From Takakia lepidozioides (Eukaryota > Plantae > Bryophyta): 64,000 nucleotides of DNA. Under the pieces are notes generated by a model. That model did not search any database. It had not been told where the DNA came from and saw nothing but the letters and a program-made list of their open reading frames with translations. A program made the position numbers and the translations under genes. Where the stretch lies: positions 14,818,001-14,882,000 of the forward strand of contig CM060733.1 in assembly GCA_030704615.1 (NCBI GenBank). Direction: 5' to 3'. Position 1 is the stretch's first letter, and every line of letters begins with the position of its first letter. Positions 1 to 12,800 of this stretch are shown one piece after another.

Positions 1-714
1 AAAGATCAACACATCACTGGGACAAAAAGGGAATTCAGAGTCGGGTATACCCGTGATGAGCTCTTCCCAAGTGGGATCCCGGGTAGGGGCTGGTGGAACT
101 CGAGGCCTTAAATTAGCAAGCAGAATCGATGTACCTCCTTTAACCAGTTCCCACAACCGTAGAGGGCTCGGCTTGTCAGGAGGCAGGAAGCTCTCAAGCT
201 CTACACCTAATTCTCGACTCACAGAGAAATGTGGAATGCCCAAGACAGCCCAACTAAGCTTCTCACCACTCACCAACTGTTCCTTGGCACTAGCAAGGGG
301 AATTTGTAGAGTGACTTCCCTGGAATGAAGCTTGAGGAGAAGGCGTGCGGCATAGGCTCCCTGAAGAGACTCGCGAATGCGCCGGCTCTGCTCCCTCTGC
401 TCCGCTTTGGTGCATATGGGTTTGCAAGCCTCTTTGCGCGCAGTTTCCTCAAAGGTCTTGGCCCAGAACTCCGAGGGCGTGTCCAACGGGAGCTCAGGTC
501 GTGGAATAGGTTCTCCCTCTAGGTAATCGACAAACACCAGCTGCTCAGGCAACAGGTTGCGTGCAAGCTCACAAATGTAACGAGATTCCAATGCCAGAGT
601 CTGCTTCAAGCGCGGGACCTCGAATTGATCAAGCTCAAACCAACCACGCTCAGAATTGGAAGCCATAGTGCTTAGTTGCGAAACTCTCAAAACACAGAAG
701 AGCTCGAGCAGGCA

Positions 715-752
<38 letters not shown>

Positions 753-874
753 GCGATACACAAGCCACCATTTTGCCACTACCTCTCCCTTCAATCATGC
801 AGGATCCCACGACACAATCTACTGTTCTCAGGTGCTTCGTACGAGCTAAATCCTCTGTCAATGATTTTTAGTTG
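1..874 (-). mobile_element. Internal 5' region (leader / start of gag) of the tRNA-Ala-primed LTR element
   Basis: Lies directly downstream of the LTR and PBS on the minus strand. Only short broken ORFs, no diagnostic gag motif seen; includes a (CT)n tract at ~718-748. Confidence 0.55.
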
Positions 875-890
875 CCCCGCATCTCCACCA
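875..890 (-). promoter_or_regulatory. Primer-binding site complementary to the 3' end of tRNA-Ala
   Basis: The minus strand reads TGGTGGAGATGCGGGG directly after the LTR end. Its complement CCCCGCATCTCCACCA matches the plant tRNA-Ala(AGC) 3' end plus CCA as I recall it. Confidence 0.85.
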
Positions 891-1413
891 TGATTCCGGC
901 GTTGTGGGTTTGTTCCCCTTCCTCTACCGGACTTAATCCTATCTGGGGAATGTAGTCGATAGATGGGCTTGGCAGAGAAGACGGAATCTCACGAAGAGGA
1001 CACCACAGACTCAGACTTCCAAAGCAGTTTCATCCACCCACTCAAGTACACCGTTACACCCAACGTACACTCGCGTAAGACCCAAAAACCACCACCCTCA
1101 CTGCCACGGCAGTGAGGCTTAAATAGTATTAGGTCATAATCTAATCCTAGTGCCGCGTGGCAATTACATATAGGTCCACCAGATGCCCTTCCAGCATAGC
1201 CATAGAAAGAAGCCAGATCACCCAGACCCATCCTAATCTAATCCTAAACTAGCTGTTAGAATAAGACAGCCCCTAATAAAGTCATCAGCTGTCGCCAGGT
1301 CATCCTCATGTGCAAGGTGTAAGTTCATCCAAACTTCATCCTGGCTCCGTCCATCCCTAAATCATCCGGAGCGCATCCCTCCTCTATTCATCCACGTCGA
1401 AAAGGAAGGTACA
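891..1413 (-). mobile_element. 5' LTR (~523 bp, TG...CA) of a Ty3/Gypsy-type LTR retrotransposon whose internal region runs leftwards out of the window
   Basis: On the minus strand it starts TGTACC (1413) and ends GAATCA (891). It is followed immediately by a tRNA-complementary PBS and aligns by eye in reverse complement with the LTR at ~57750-58388. Confidence 0.85.
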
Positions 1414-3985
1414 CGACGACGGTGCGGCAATCGTCGCCATAGCCAAGTGGTCACCCGAAATAAATAAATAAATAATATTTTTATTAATTTATATTACGTT
1501 ATATTAAATTTGGGATTGCGAGAGCTGGCGGTCCCCATTTTTTAAAGTATTTTATTTGAAAATTGGGATCCCCAAAAAATCATAATATAACATAAAAATG
1601 TAGTCGAGCGACCGTTAGGCGATGACAACGGTCGGCCAATCGTTGCCGTCAGCAACTGTGACGGCACTTAATAAATACTAAAATTCTTCTTAGTTGATTT
1701 TTTTTCATACTTGTAATTTTCGGGAGACATCCACATTTTTACCCTCCGAAAAATTACATTACTGACACCTAAAACTGACGTGACGCAGGCATCAGGTTGG
1801 ACAGATCTGACGCAGATAACCCAGATCTATATCGAGTTGTCCAACCTCCTACTCATCAGTCTTTTGGGACCATAAATGACCATTTTTTACTTCCAAAACA
1901 TAGCATGTAACATGTTGGAATCCACCAAGAAGCCATGTGTACACATGATTTATGCAATGTTCCAACTTTTGTCTTATGTTTATTCTTGGCATCTCCTTCA
2001 TGGATTGCCATCAGTTCCCTTTATTGTTTGGCTACATGCGGCTCACAAGCGGTGACCCTATGAAACCTCCCTTGTCAGAGATCTCAAAGCTCTGAATAGA
2101 CAAAGGTGTAGAGGGGAGGCGAACTCTGTTGAGGCAGATGGCCGCATACATCCTTGTCTACACATAATGCAAAAAACAGTTTCAAATGAGAACGCAGCTT
2201 TCGGCATGACAACATCTTTTCTATAACCTTGTAGTGTTTGAGGTGGAGATTTCGCCGAATCGCTCGTAGGATGGCATACTGAAATCTCCTTTGCATTGTC
2301 TCTCCGTACCCTCGCTTTTTTGCTCCATTTCTGATTGCAGGATAGCTTGGAGAACCAAGAATGTGTTCGATAATGTGTCTTTGGTCCTGGTCAGGGCCTT
2401 GGTTGATGTGCAATACATCATATTGTTGTTATAAGACTGAATATAATGTTATCATATACATGGATATAATACTAACGTAGAACTAACTTTTTTTTTTGGG
2501 GGAAAGGGGAGGTAGCCCTTGAGAACTAACTGAGCTTAGGAGACCTGTATAAGTACATTATTTTTATATTAAAAAGAGGAAATCCATATTATGTATAATT
2601 TGGCCTCCATACTTAATAAAATGATCTGAAGAGCTTACTACACTTGATTTAGGTGTGGGAATGAGAAATTATTTGATTGTATATGATAATGAACTTTTCC
2701 GGATTGGGTGGCGACAAGAGAATTGTGACTTCACATTATAAAATTGCGGATTTTTTTTTTTACAGATAATTAGTAATTTGTTGGCATTGACATCTTTGTT
2801 TACAAGAAAAAAGAAGAATAATGAGGCCCTGAAGTGGCCTTGCCCTGTACTCCTTATGGCCTCGAGGTTATTTTTTCCTCGCTTATTAATTTGATTAAAA
2901 GGGCCTCCGTCCCCTTTCCTTAAAAAAATGAAAGAATAATGTGCCCTACTACCTTGGTGGATGCTTTAGTGGAAATTCAATATCTGAGCCCATCTTCTTT
3001 TGAACCCTGCAAGCACAGGAAAGGGAACCCTTGACTACCGCTCTTAGTGCTTCCTATTTGTTATGATAGGGTTTTTGGAAGGGGGGGGTGTCCCCTTCCT
3101 CAGCCTCCATAGCCTGTCATGCGAAGTTCTTTTTTCCTCATATTTTCAAAAATAAATTCCAAAAAACAAAGAAAAAGAAAATCTGATTGCGAACTCAAAA
3201 AACAACTTGTGGGTGTTCAAATAAGCACCCAAAAGCTCACTCCCTTGTGTGCTGACACCACCTTCCCACTTGCAAAGCTTGCGTGCCCAAGGCAATTTTT
3301 GTTTGTTATCAACTAAACACAAGGTGAACCAGATAGTAAGTAAGGACTTTTGAGGCCTTAAAAGGGAAGGTTTGATGGCATCCATGCTGCGAGATATAGC
3401 CTTTTTAGAAGGCATCCACCTTCTTCTCTTGTCAAGCTTCTCTTCTGTCAGAAGTCCATTTTTCTTTCACTTTGAATTTTTGATAGCCACATACATGATC
3501 TCAAAGTGGTTATTGTCACTATCCATGTTTGCGTCATAAACCTTAATTCAGAAGAAGATCAAGATTTGACCACCCTCCCTCGGTATTGGCAAAATCGAAG
3601 AACAATAAAGGGATTCATCTAGGATACAATAATATGTTAAATGCATCGCGCCAGCCCCACTGAATGTCACTGCAAAGCAAGCTATCTATGCCAAAAAATG
3701 GGAGACTCTCATATCATCATAAATTTTCCAGCCCAAAGTACATAGGATCTGGAAGGGTGCCTTGGCGGTCAGGAACCCCAGTCTAAAGCTATTTTTGATG
3801 TTATTTCTCTGTCTTCAGCAAATTTGGTAAATTTCTTGTAGTAGTCTAGGCACAAAATGATGCCTTTTTCCCCTGAGTATACTGGGTGTAAGCCTGCACC
3901 AATGGGGCTTGGCTTGAGGATAACATTGACTAGCAGTAGGAATTCAGATCAACATAAGAGGGCGTTCGACCGACCATGGTTACCC

Positions 3986-6900
3986 TTAGCAGCTTGCCGA
4001 CACCAAATCATGCACCAAGTCCACAACACAGTGCAGAGAACCGTCGTTCTGCAGCCACAGACAACAAACAAACCAACAGCTATCAAACTCAAAAACACTC
4101 TTGCTCATCTTTGTTCCCTCTCCCAAACCTCTTTTCCTTTCAAGGCAGGACACTCCAGAATACAAGCCCCTTACTGCCTCTTGCCAGGTCAAACCCTCCC
4201 TCTGCCTCTCTGTGATTCCTTCTTTGTTCCATGTTCGTGTTCCCTTAGCTAATTCAGCTTCCTATGGATTACAAACTTTCTCTTTTGATCTCGGTCTCTA
4301 TCTTTCATAGTGGATTCTTTTGATGCAGTTTTCCTGTTGTTCTACTTCAGTGCATGGTTCTTGGGGGTCCCCATGGATGTTTTCAAGTTGTTTTGAGTCT
4401 GGCATGTCTGTGTCTGTGTCTGTCTTCCTTTCTTTCTCTCTTCAGCGGTAGTTCACAAAAACAAACACTGTATCTTGAACAGAATATTCTCAAGAGACAT
4501 CATCTGCCGTAGCCTTGTGGCCATAGACCCATGTGCCCAGTTTGGGCAGCACAAGAGGGAACAGACTACCTTCGTGAGGGGCTCCCTCCAGTAGTGGGAC
4601 TTATCTTGGTAATAAACAATTGGTTTGGGCTTTCCAGATTTCCTCTAATTTACACAGGCATCAAGCGAGTGCTGCCCAGCAATTAGACCCCAACTTGTCA
4701 GGGCTTAGGCTGATTACTCATAACAAACGCTTGAAGGGAATGGTTTCTGAGATTCAGTGTCATATAAGGCATATGCAGGCAAATCTGCTTCACACCTCTA
4801 AGATGATGAGCTAAAGAGAGGGACATGGAGAAAGACGTAAAATGGTGTGCATGAGAGTGTTGGGAGGTGAAAGGCTGAGACACACCAAGACAACAACGTC
4901 GAAAGCCTGCTTGTAAGTCTCCAACCAATTGGCAGCGTTCTCATTTCTGTCCAATAAATCAGATGTCAAAAGTCCATGCATAGTGGGTAAATGAAAAAAA
5001 CTCCCAGGACAGAAGGCAGAGGGAAAACAAGGAAGGGGAATAGAGCACATACAAAAAACCTATGGAGATACAGGTATCATAGTTGACACCATCAGACATG
5101 CCCAGGTCACCAAGGTGGTCACCCAATAGCAACACATTAGAGCGCCCTTGTACAATTGAAGCTCCTGAATCCACACTAAGACTGTGGCCCTCCTCATCAT
5201 GCAGGGGTGCCGCCATCTCCAGGGCATGTTCATTCTTGTTCAACACATGAATGGTCTTGCCTTGGCAAATACAAGATCACACAAGTGTAAGATGCCAGTG
5301 TTCCTTCAGGAGGTTCATGCTCTCTCTTTCATTTTGCAGCAAGAGCATCCAACACCTCTCTAACAGCTCTCTTTCCCTTTCAACTGGAACAAGAAAGAGA
5401 GCTGCTTAGTCAGCATATGTAAGGAATATTCCATGTCTATTGAAACAACATAGAACCTATAAGTAAGAAAAAGGACTCTGAGCCAATAACTCACACCATG
5501 AAAGAATTGCATAACCCTGTCTTCTGGTTTGACAACATGTGCTACCTCCATCAACCTCTACTCTTATTAATCTTCATAAGGCCAGTAAGAACCTTGTTTA
5601 AGACACACCTTTGAAGCCCGTCAAATTACCCTTGTCATCAAAATCCATCCGGTTGGACACAACTCTTATGTTTCCGAATGCTCGATGAAGCTTCTGTCGC
5701 ATAACCTAGATCAAAATGAACCTCCACCTTGATCACTGATGCCTACTGGGATCCAATGCCACTTCTAGCAAAGTGCCGCCTAGATATAGACAAACACGTT
5801 CACACTGATCCTGCCTGTTTCTATTTAGCAACGGGTTGGTTGTAAGGATTTAGTCTAGGGATTTGGCATATACCTCCTCGATAATATCAGCCAGCCCTGC
5901 TGAAAAGATAAGCAATGGCACCCCGTCCGCCTGCAGCCATTGAGAACCAGATAAGATTACCCTTTACGTTTGCAGCATTATATACACCCAAGGTGCACAT
6001 GCAATATGGGTGTATGATGTTTTCTAGACATTTTCTCGCAGTGAAACTGTCCCGAGGTGGTGGAGGTGCTATCTTGAACACTTTGTACATGGGACTGCTT
6101 AAAAAATGACACTATGGGTGAGGATCGACCATATCAATGATGACATAAATAGCTGAACCATGTGACCAAGAAATACACCTCAAGTGCCTCGAAGAAATCT
6201 GTAATGCCATCACGAAAGCCAATATGGGCATTTGCCACAGAGCTCTTGATGGCATCATAATTGAGGCCCCCTTCCAGCAACAGAGCATGTGATTTCCCCC
6301 ACCTGCTTCATGCTAGCCGCCACTTCCTGTCAATCTACCTGTTTATGCTCGTCATTGTCTTGCTACAAACTAAGAACTACCACTTGAAATCTAGTATCAA
6401 AGGAATCAACATTTGAATTTTGCAATATATAAGCACCCTCTATCCAACTCCTCGATTTTCAATTAGAGGAAGAAAGAAGATCAAACAAGACAGACTGATC
6501 TGGATACAGATAATGAAGAGCGAGAGCATTTGGTTTCCAGGGAGGGGGGAGGGAGTGATCATTAGTAGGACATAACAACATGGCCATGAAAACAATGTAC
6601 CATTCTTCCATGAGCTTCGCCTTTTCATCAGAAGGTAGGGTGGGGCAGATCTCCAGTGGATAATAGTGTTCAAACAGCTGATGTCGCTTCATATCATACA
6701 CTTCATTACTCTTCAGCAGTGCATGCGTACCTGCGCACAATCAGTATACTTCATGCTCAAAAGTAGACTATATCATGCCACAAGCTCCCTTCCTCTCTCT
6801 CTTTCTCTCTTCTTCCTTGAATGTGGCGAAGTTCTTTGTAACAACACTCAATTGCCTGATCCCTCTGGCTCTCTCTCTCTTTCTGAAAGTGATCCACGAA

Positions 6901-8030
6901 CTGCAAGGGAAACCAAGCATCTGGGAATATGTAAACTAACTTTTGACAAGGAAAATCAAAGGTTGGAGATAAAACTTACTCTGCCCGCGGGTGCCATCCA
7001 CCAAGTACTTGGTCAGCGTCATGTCAAAATCAGCTATGACCTATCCACCAGAATAATTGGTCAGCACATTCTATCTCTCTCTGGCAACTAGTCAGAAAGG
7101 ATATATCCTATGCTTGGACAACTTGTATGGTTGAGAACAAGAACCTGTAAAGACCACTACTGGTCATTTTAGCTCCGAGTGTGTCGAATGAGGCACTGGG
7201 ATAAACCTAATTGGCACACAGACACGAACACGCCTAGGAACACTCTACCCATGCCTCCCCAAATGTGCGCACTACTCTGCCTTTAATGGATTCTCGATCG
7301 TCGAAACTAACCAAGGATAAACCACATTCCAATTCCTCAGTTGAGAGCCCAATGCACCTGCAGAGATGACACACCGGCAGCCCTGATAGCCTGCTTTTTC
7401 TTTTCCAGTTGAGCAGGGTTGCCGATTACCACATCCACATCCGGATAAACAGGGCTAGGCACCCGCAGATTCACAGAGTGCTCCATTGGTGACGCAGATT
7501 TGCAAGAGATTGCTCGCTTACCGTGCAGTGCGAAGCTGCACCACGCCAATTGCCCCAAGACCCGACAAATGAGCTCTCACCTGTTTGTAGAGAAACCTTT
7601 CCTCACTATAAATTTGAATGGAATACAGTTTATAAAAACCTAGAGTGGTTTTGTAGTGACCCAAGCGCAGCATTGCACAAGCCCCAAAGAATTGACTCAG
7701 AGGTCTGATGGAGTAGGAAGCTGTTGCACTCTTCCTGTAATAGGGAGCGATGCGGCTCCAGAAAAGCATAATGCGAGTCTCAGAATAGCGGGAGAAAGGG
7801 AGTTTTCACGTGCATGTGTACCGGTGTTGCAGCAGACGGAGGGCCCTATGGCATGGCCCGACGGGAGCGTCGATAGGCAAAAGCGAAGTGTGAAGTGGGT
7901 AATCAGTGCTCACAAGAGTTGCTCGTAAACAATGGGAGAGATACGGAGCATAGGAGACAGAAGGGTGGGGCACGGAGGAGACGCAGCGCAGTAGAGCCTG
8001 CGGTGCCCATGTGGCTGTAGCTCCACTCAT
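3986..8030 (-). CDS. Cytosolic 5'-nucleotidase III / pyrimidine 5'-nucleotidase (UMPH-1, HAD family), multi-exon, with possible N-terminal transit peptide
   Basis: GT-AG spliced exons give: VVIGNPAQLEKKKQAIRAAGVSSLQ (~7359-7450); VIADFDMTLTKY with HAD DxDxT (6980-7040); LFEHYYPLEI..KAKLMEEW (~6600-6730); WGKSHALL..IGFRDG (~6180-6300); VPLLIFSAGLADIIEE (~5875-5930); VVSNRMDFD (~5610-5706); NVLLLGDHLGDLGMSDG (~5053-5260); YKQAFDVVVL (~4885-4947); NDGSLHCVVDLV..stop (3986-4048). The start at 8030 is the most likely one but is not proven. Confidence 0.92.
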
Positions 8031-9840
8031 CCAGACCTCTCTATGCTTTGTATGGTATAACCACCTGACCTAGTATCCCTTTGCTTCTGCCTTCCTACAC
8101 TACGCTCTCTCTCTCTCTACCCTCTCGGTTTGCAAGGATGGAGTAGGCTACACCAACTGTCTTTCTGCCAGGCCTTTCCCCCAACTGTGCTTCTTCTGCG
8201 TCTGCTCTGCGTTGTTCTCTCCTACTTTTCTCCCAATCGTTGCAAACTCATCTTCTCCCTAACCCAATCCCGCATTTGCGTTACAGATGCTAGCTAGGCT
8301 GGGGCCTAAGCCTTCTTCCCTGCAACTGGGCTGTACCCACCGATTCCCCTGCTCCGTTTGCTCCGCGATGTATGTGGGAGCTGTGACTGGCTCTTCTGCT
8401 GTTTGCCGTTGTGGCCCCGTGGCAGCACAGAAGCCGTCACAATTTATTTCAGTTGCTTTTCGTTTGCCTGTGCGTTTCGCTGCTTTGGTGTGAAGCTTGG
8501 CCATGGATTTCTTTGTGCTATGGCTTAAGCTTTGAATGTTCGTGCTTTCGCTCTTGAGCGAATTTCAGCTTGACACTAGGAGATTGTCCCCACTGAAGGA
8601 AGAGGATCGGCACAATGCTGTTTGCTGGAGTGGGAGACAGCACACTTTCATGACTTGGAAGCATGCAGCTTTAGCACTGCACCACATATGGTGAGAGGAT
8701 CAAGGCTTAAGAGTATATGCTGATGGTACTGCCGAATTAGACAGGGCTTGGCAGTCATGATATTTTCTCCTTTCATTCTTTGTCACTTAGACGGGTGTCA
8801 GATTCACACTTCCATTGTACTGAATATTGCAAGACGCCACTTTGTAGCACACTTGGAGTGTGAGAAGGTGCATCGTTCCATATCAAGCTTTGCATTGACG
8901 TTGGACACAGCACAACAATCATTGTCTTCCACCAGCAACCATCTGTCGCATGTCATGCCTCACAAGCATCTGTTATACCAGTAGAGAAGCAGTAACAATC
9001 AATTGCAAACCCGAATTTTCTGTTTTGAGAGTCAAGCACTAAATGAGGACAACTAAATGTTTGGCCACCGCAGTCACAGAATTGACATGACTTCCGTAAG
9101 CTTGATTCTGGCCTTCAAGTCTATGCGTTTTCCGCCCATCAAATACCCTCAAAGGAATATTCACATATCCAATTTTCAGCCATTTTCTGGGTTCTGCTCA
9201 TGCTTCTTTATGCTCACTGCTCTGGGGGTTGGTAGAACTTGAGGTAAGAATCCTTGCTACTGACCTCTCAATGAAAGATTTTGCCACACAACTTGGTCCA
9301 TTGGTAAGTCGTGGGATTCTTGACTGGATTCCAATCCAGTAAGACAATGTCATCTATGTGAGTACAGCATAACAGAAATGAAAATGTCATCAAAACAGAT
9401 GTTGCACTAGTCCAAGTTAAAACTTGCAACATAGTGCAGTCAATCATGAAATCTCTACCATCAACATGTGTGGCAGTGACAAGTTACCAGCACACCCCAG
9501 TGACTTCATCAGCTCCTGACAGTGGGTGTAAATCACATATAATGTTATGCTCAAATCCATGGGCATACTATTATAAGAAGGTTCTGCCATTTTTCTGGAA
9601 GTACGGGAAAACTCAGGCATGATGTCACCCAGAACTCAGTCAAAGCTAATAACTTCACTTGAGCATAACAGTTATGCAGTAGGGCTTCAAATTTCACTTG
9701 AGCTTGTCCTGCGACAGACAATGTTCTCATCACAGAAGGCATGGACCAGGAATGTACCCCCAACACTGAGGATTATGTCCCTAACTAAGTGCCACACCCA
9801 GTTGTGTGGGAAGTTGTATCAGAAACAAATCAAATGGTGG

Positions 9841-12800
9841 TCAAAGTGTCGGTTCCAACCATGAGCGAAGAGAGCCTTGCCCTGTTACTCTCCTGCCCAT
9901 GGGTCTACTGCGAAGCATCACTTGATGTAATGCTCTGTATGTGGTAGCTGGGTTTGGTTGTTTACGACCATATGGTGGCCTTCGGCGAGTGACTGGCCGC
10001 CATGCCTCTGCAATTGGTGCTATTCTTTCCATGGTTGAGGAACTGGGAGCCAAGTGGTCCCAAGCCAGCCTGATGGATGCCCTGCGAGAAAAAAAAAATT
10101 TGAGATAAAGTCAGACGTAAGATTCCAAGTCACACATGCACTGTTACTGGATCAAACTGTGGACCGATGCATTTGAGACATGCAGGATGTGAGCATGAAA
10201 GCTAACCTGTGGCGGCTTTGTGTACATCGGCTACAAAACCACAGTTCCCATGCTTCCTTCGGGGGATCATGACAGAAGGAGTGGCAGGCTCGTTCCCCAC
10301 AGCCCCCGCACATCACCAACATTGCTTCAGTATCGTTGTTTCCACATACAATGCAGATTGTATTTGTCTGTACGCACCCCACAGTATAATTTTGTAAACC
10401 CTCCCCTCCATGCAGCTGGGCCCAAAACCATCGGAGCATTGACATTACATGTTTACAACTTACAAACCCTCAAGAAGTGAGGTTGGATAAATAGCTGGGC
10501 AGCATTACAGGAAATATTCCGGTTGTTAAGAAGAAAAACTTTGGCATGCAAGGAAGTGATTCAGTGCAACTACATGCAGTTCTTAAACAGCCAGCAAATC
10601 GCACAACAAAAAATTACCGCTGTAACATGGGCTGAGGTGCTTCTATCTGGTACTCTAGATTGGTCACCGACCAGCACCACTTTCTCATTCACATTCCTTG
10701 AGGCATCAGCATCACCACCTGATGGGCTGCGAACCTCCTTCACCGTAATAAGGTCAAAGGGAGCCTTACAGAGGGGGCAAGTTGGTGCCTTTGACTGCTG
10801 CATACAGCAGATACTATGATGTCAGAAAAACCATTTTTCAGCTTCCAAAGCTTACACAAAGATAAGCTATTTTCAACAGTGAACATCGAAGGTGAGTAGC
10901 AAGTACCGCTTCATCAGCCCATTTGTAGATACATGGGAAGCAAAATCGATGACCACATCCAAGAAGTCCTTCGGAGGAGGACTTGGCGTCAGCTTGACAG
11001 ATAACACAGGTTATCTCCCCATCCAAACTCCTGACCTGTGTAACATCAGCTCCCTTATCTGGCGAGCAAAGCTCTGTAGGGTGCTCATCTGCCATTCTAT
11101 CGTCACCATCATCATCCAGGTCAATGATCTCCAGATTGCCTGCAGATGCCTCTTCTCGTCTACAGACAATGACAGCTCCATCAATGCAGGAACTAGAGCT
11201 TATGATCTCCATTCTGGAAGAGCCCTCCACACAAAGACTTACAGGCCCCATTTTTCTGCTATCTAATCCCATGTCCTTCTCCACCAGTTTCCGTAACCTT
11301 CTCCCTCTCCTGCTAGGAACCAGCACGGCAGGCCGCCCTGGCTGATTTTGGTGAGAAGAGGTATCATCATGCATGTCCATGTGTGCACTCGACTGACCAT
11401 GCCTCTGCTGCCCGTCGCTGCCTCTGCTATCGACCCCCTGCAAACATACTGGGAAAATTGAGCAGGCAACATGACAAGTACTTGATTCTGGCATAAACTG
11501 GAAGTACAGGAAATAATAGAAGTTGAGGTCAGTAGATGCACCTGAGAGATACTTGCGTGCCTCAGGCCATTGAGACCCTGTACCGGGCCTCCATTCTCCA
11601 TGCCAGTGCATGGGTCCTGTAGTACGCCCGCCCCTGAACAGTAGCCAGCCTCATTATCATGACTCCGTTTCGTGCCCCTAGTGGATGGTCCAGCACTCTC
11701 CTGTTGTGCACAAGCATCCGTGTGGACAGGTACTTCCTTCCATTGAAGAGGGCCCACTGCTTCCCCACTGCATGCCAATTACAAGCTGGTTACCACCTTG
11801 CACAGCATGCTCTTGCTGCTACAAATTGCTAGGGTCTCCTCCTTCTAAAGCAACAAATGTAAGAAGTGCCTTGTCACTCTCCCAGAGTCCTATTTGCGCC
11901 ACTGGTATGTCCACCTTTCCCTTCACTGCACACAGGCCACTGATACACATATACCACTAGTTTCCTCTCTGGACAGAAATATCCAGGAAGAGGAGAACTT
12001 CAAAAAGATTCAGTGATGAGTACAGCGAAAGGAATAAATCTGCTTCCCATGCTTCGCATGCCAAGCAAAGCAACAGTGGGCAAACCAAGTCAGCAACCAA
12101 GAGAAGGGCTCCATCCACATAAGTAAGAACTCAAGTCAATGCACAACCATCAGGTTCACAAACTAACTTTGCATCCAAATATTGCATTTGCCTTCCAGCC
12201 AGAAATGATAGAGTCACTGCATACTCTAGATCTACCGAGTCCAAACATGCTCCTGCTAATACCTTTGAGTGTATGGCTCCTCAGAAAGCCGTGTCCCCTG
12301 TTTCAGACAGTCCTCAAACCAGCAGTGATTGATAACTAGCTTTCTCAGCTGTTTAGCCATCTCATACTTTTTGCCCCTGAAGTTCCAGCACACCTACAAC
12401 AAATTCAAGGAGGACCACACTAAGGAAAATCCCATGACAGTAGAAACAGCAACCTTACTGCCCTTAACTGACACCTGGGCAGATGAAGTTAGGTCAATAA
12501 CTACACTTCAAAAAATAACATACCAAATGAGTGTTTGCCTTTGATAAACTTCCTGTGAATGCAGCCCCAGTTTGATTGATAAGCTTCACAAGATTGCTTT
12601 TTTCATGTCCTGCATAGCCACTCATAGATGCGATCACTGGCTCCATACCCAGGACAGGACCTTGAGGCCACGGTGCATGAGCTGCAACTCCTGAACTTGT
12701 ACAGTGAACACTTTCATCACCATTGTTCCTCACTGCCTGCTCTATTTGTTCCTCTGCTTCTAGTGTCAGCCTTGCTTCATCACCACATGCTTTGATTGGG

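Noticed and set aside
875-890. tRNA-Ala gene
   Set aside because: Only the 3' 16 nt including CCA are present, abutting an LTR, so it is a PBS.
2000-2420. Coding-like minus-strand fragment (109 aa)
   Set aside because: Possibly a TE relic, but no motif I can assign.
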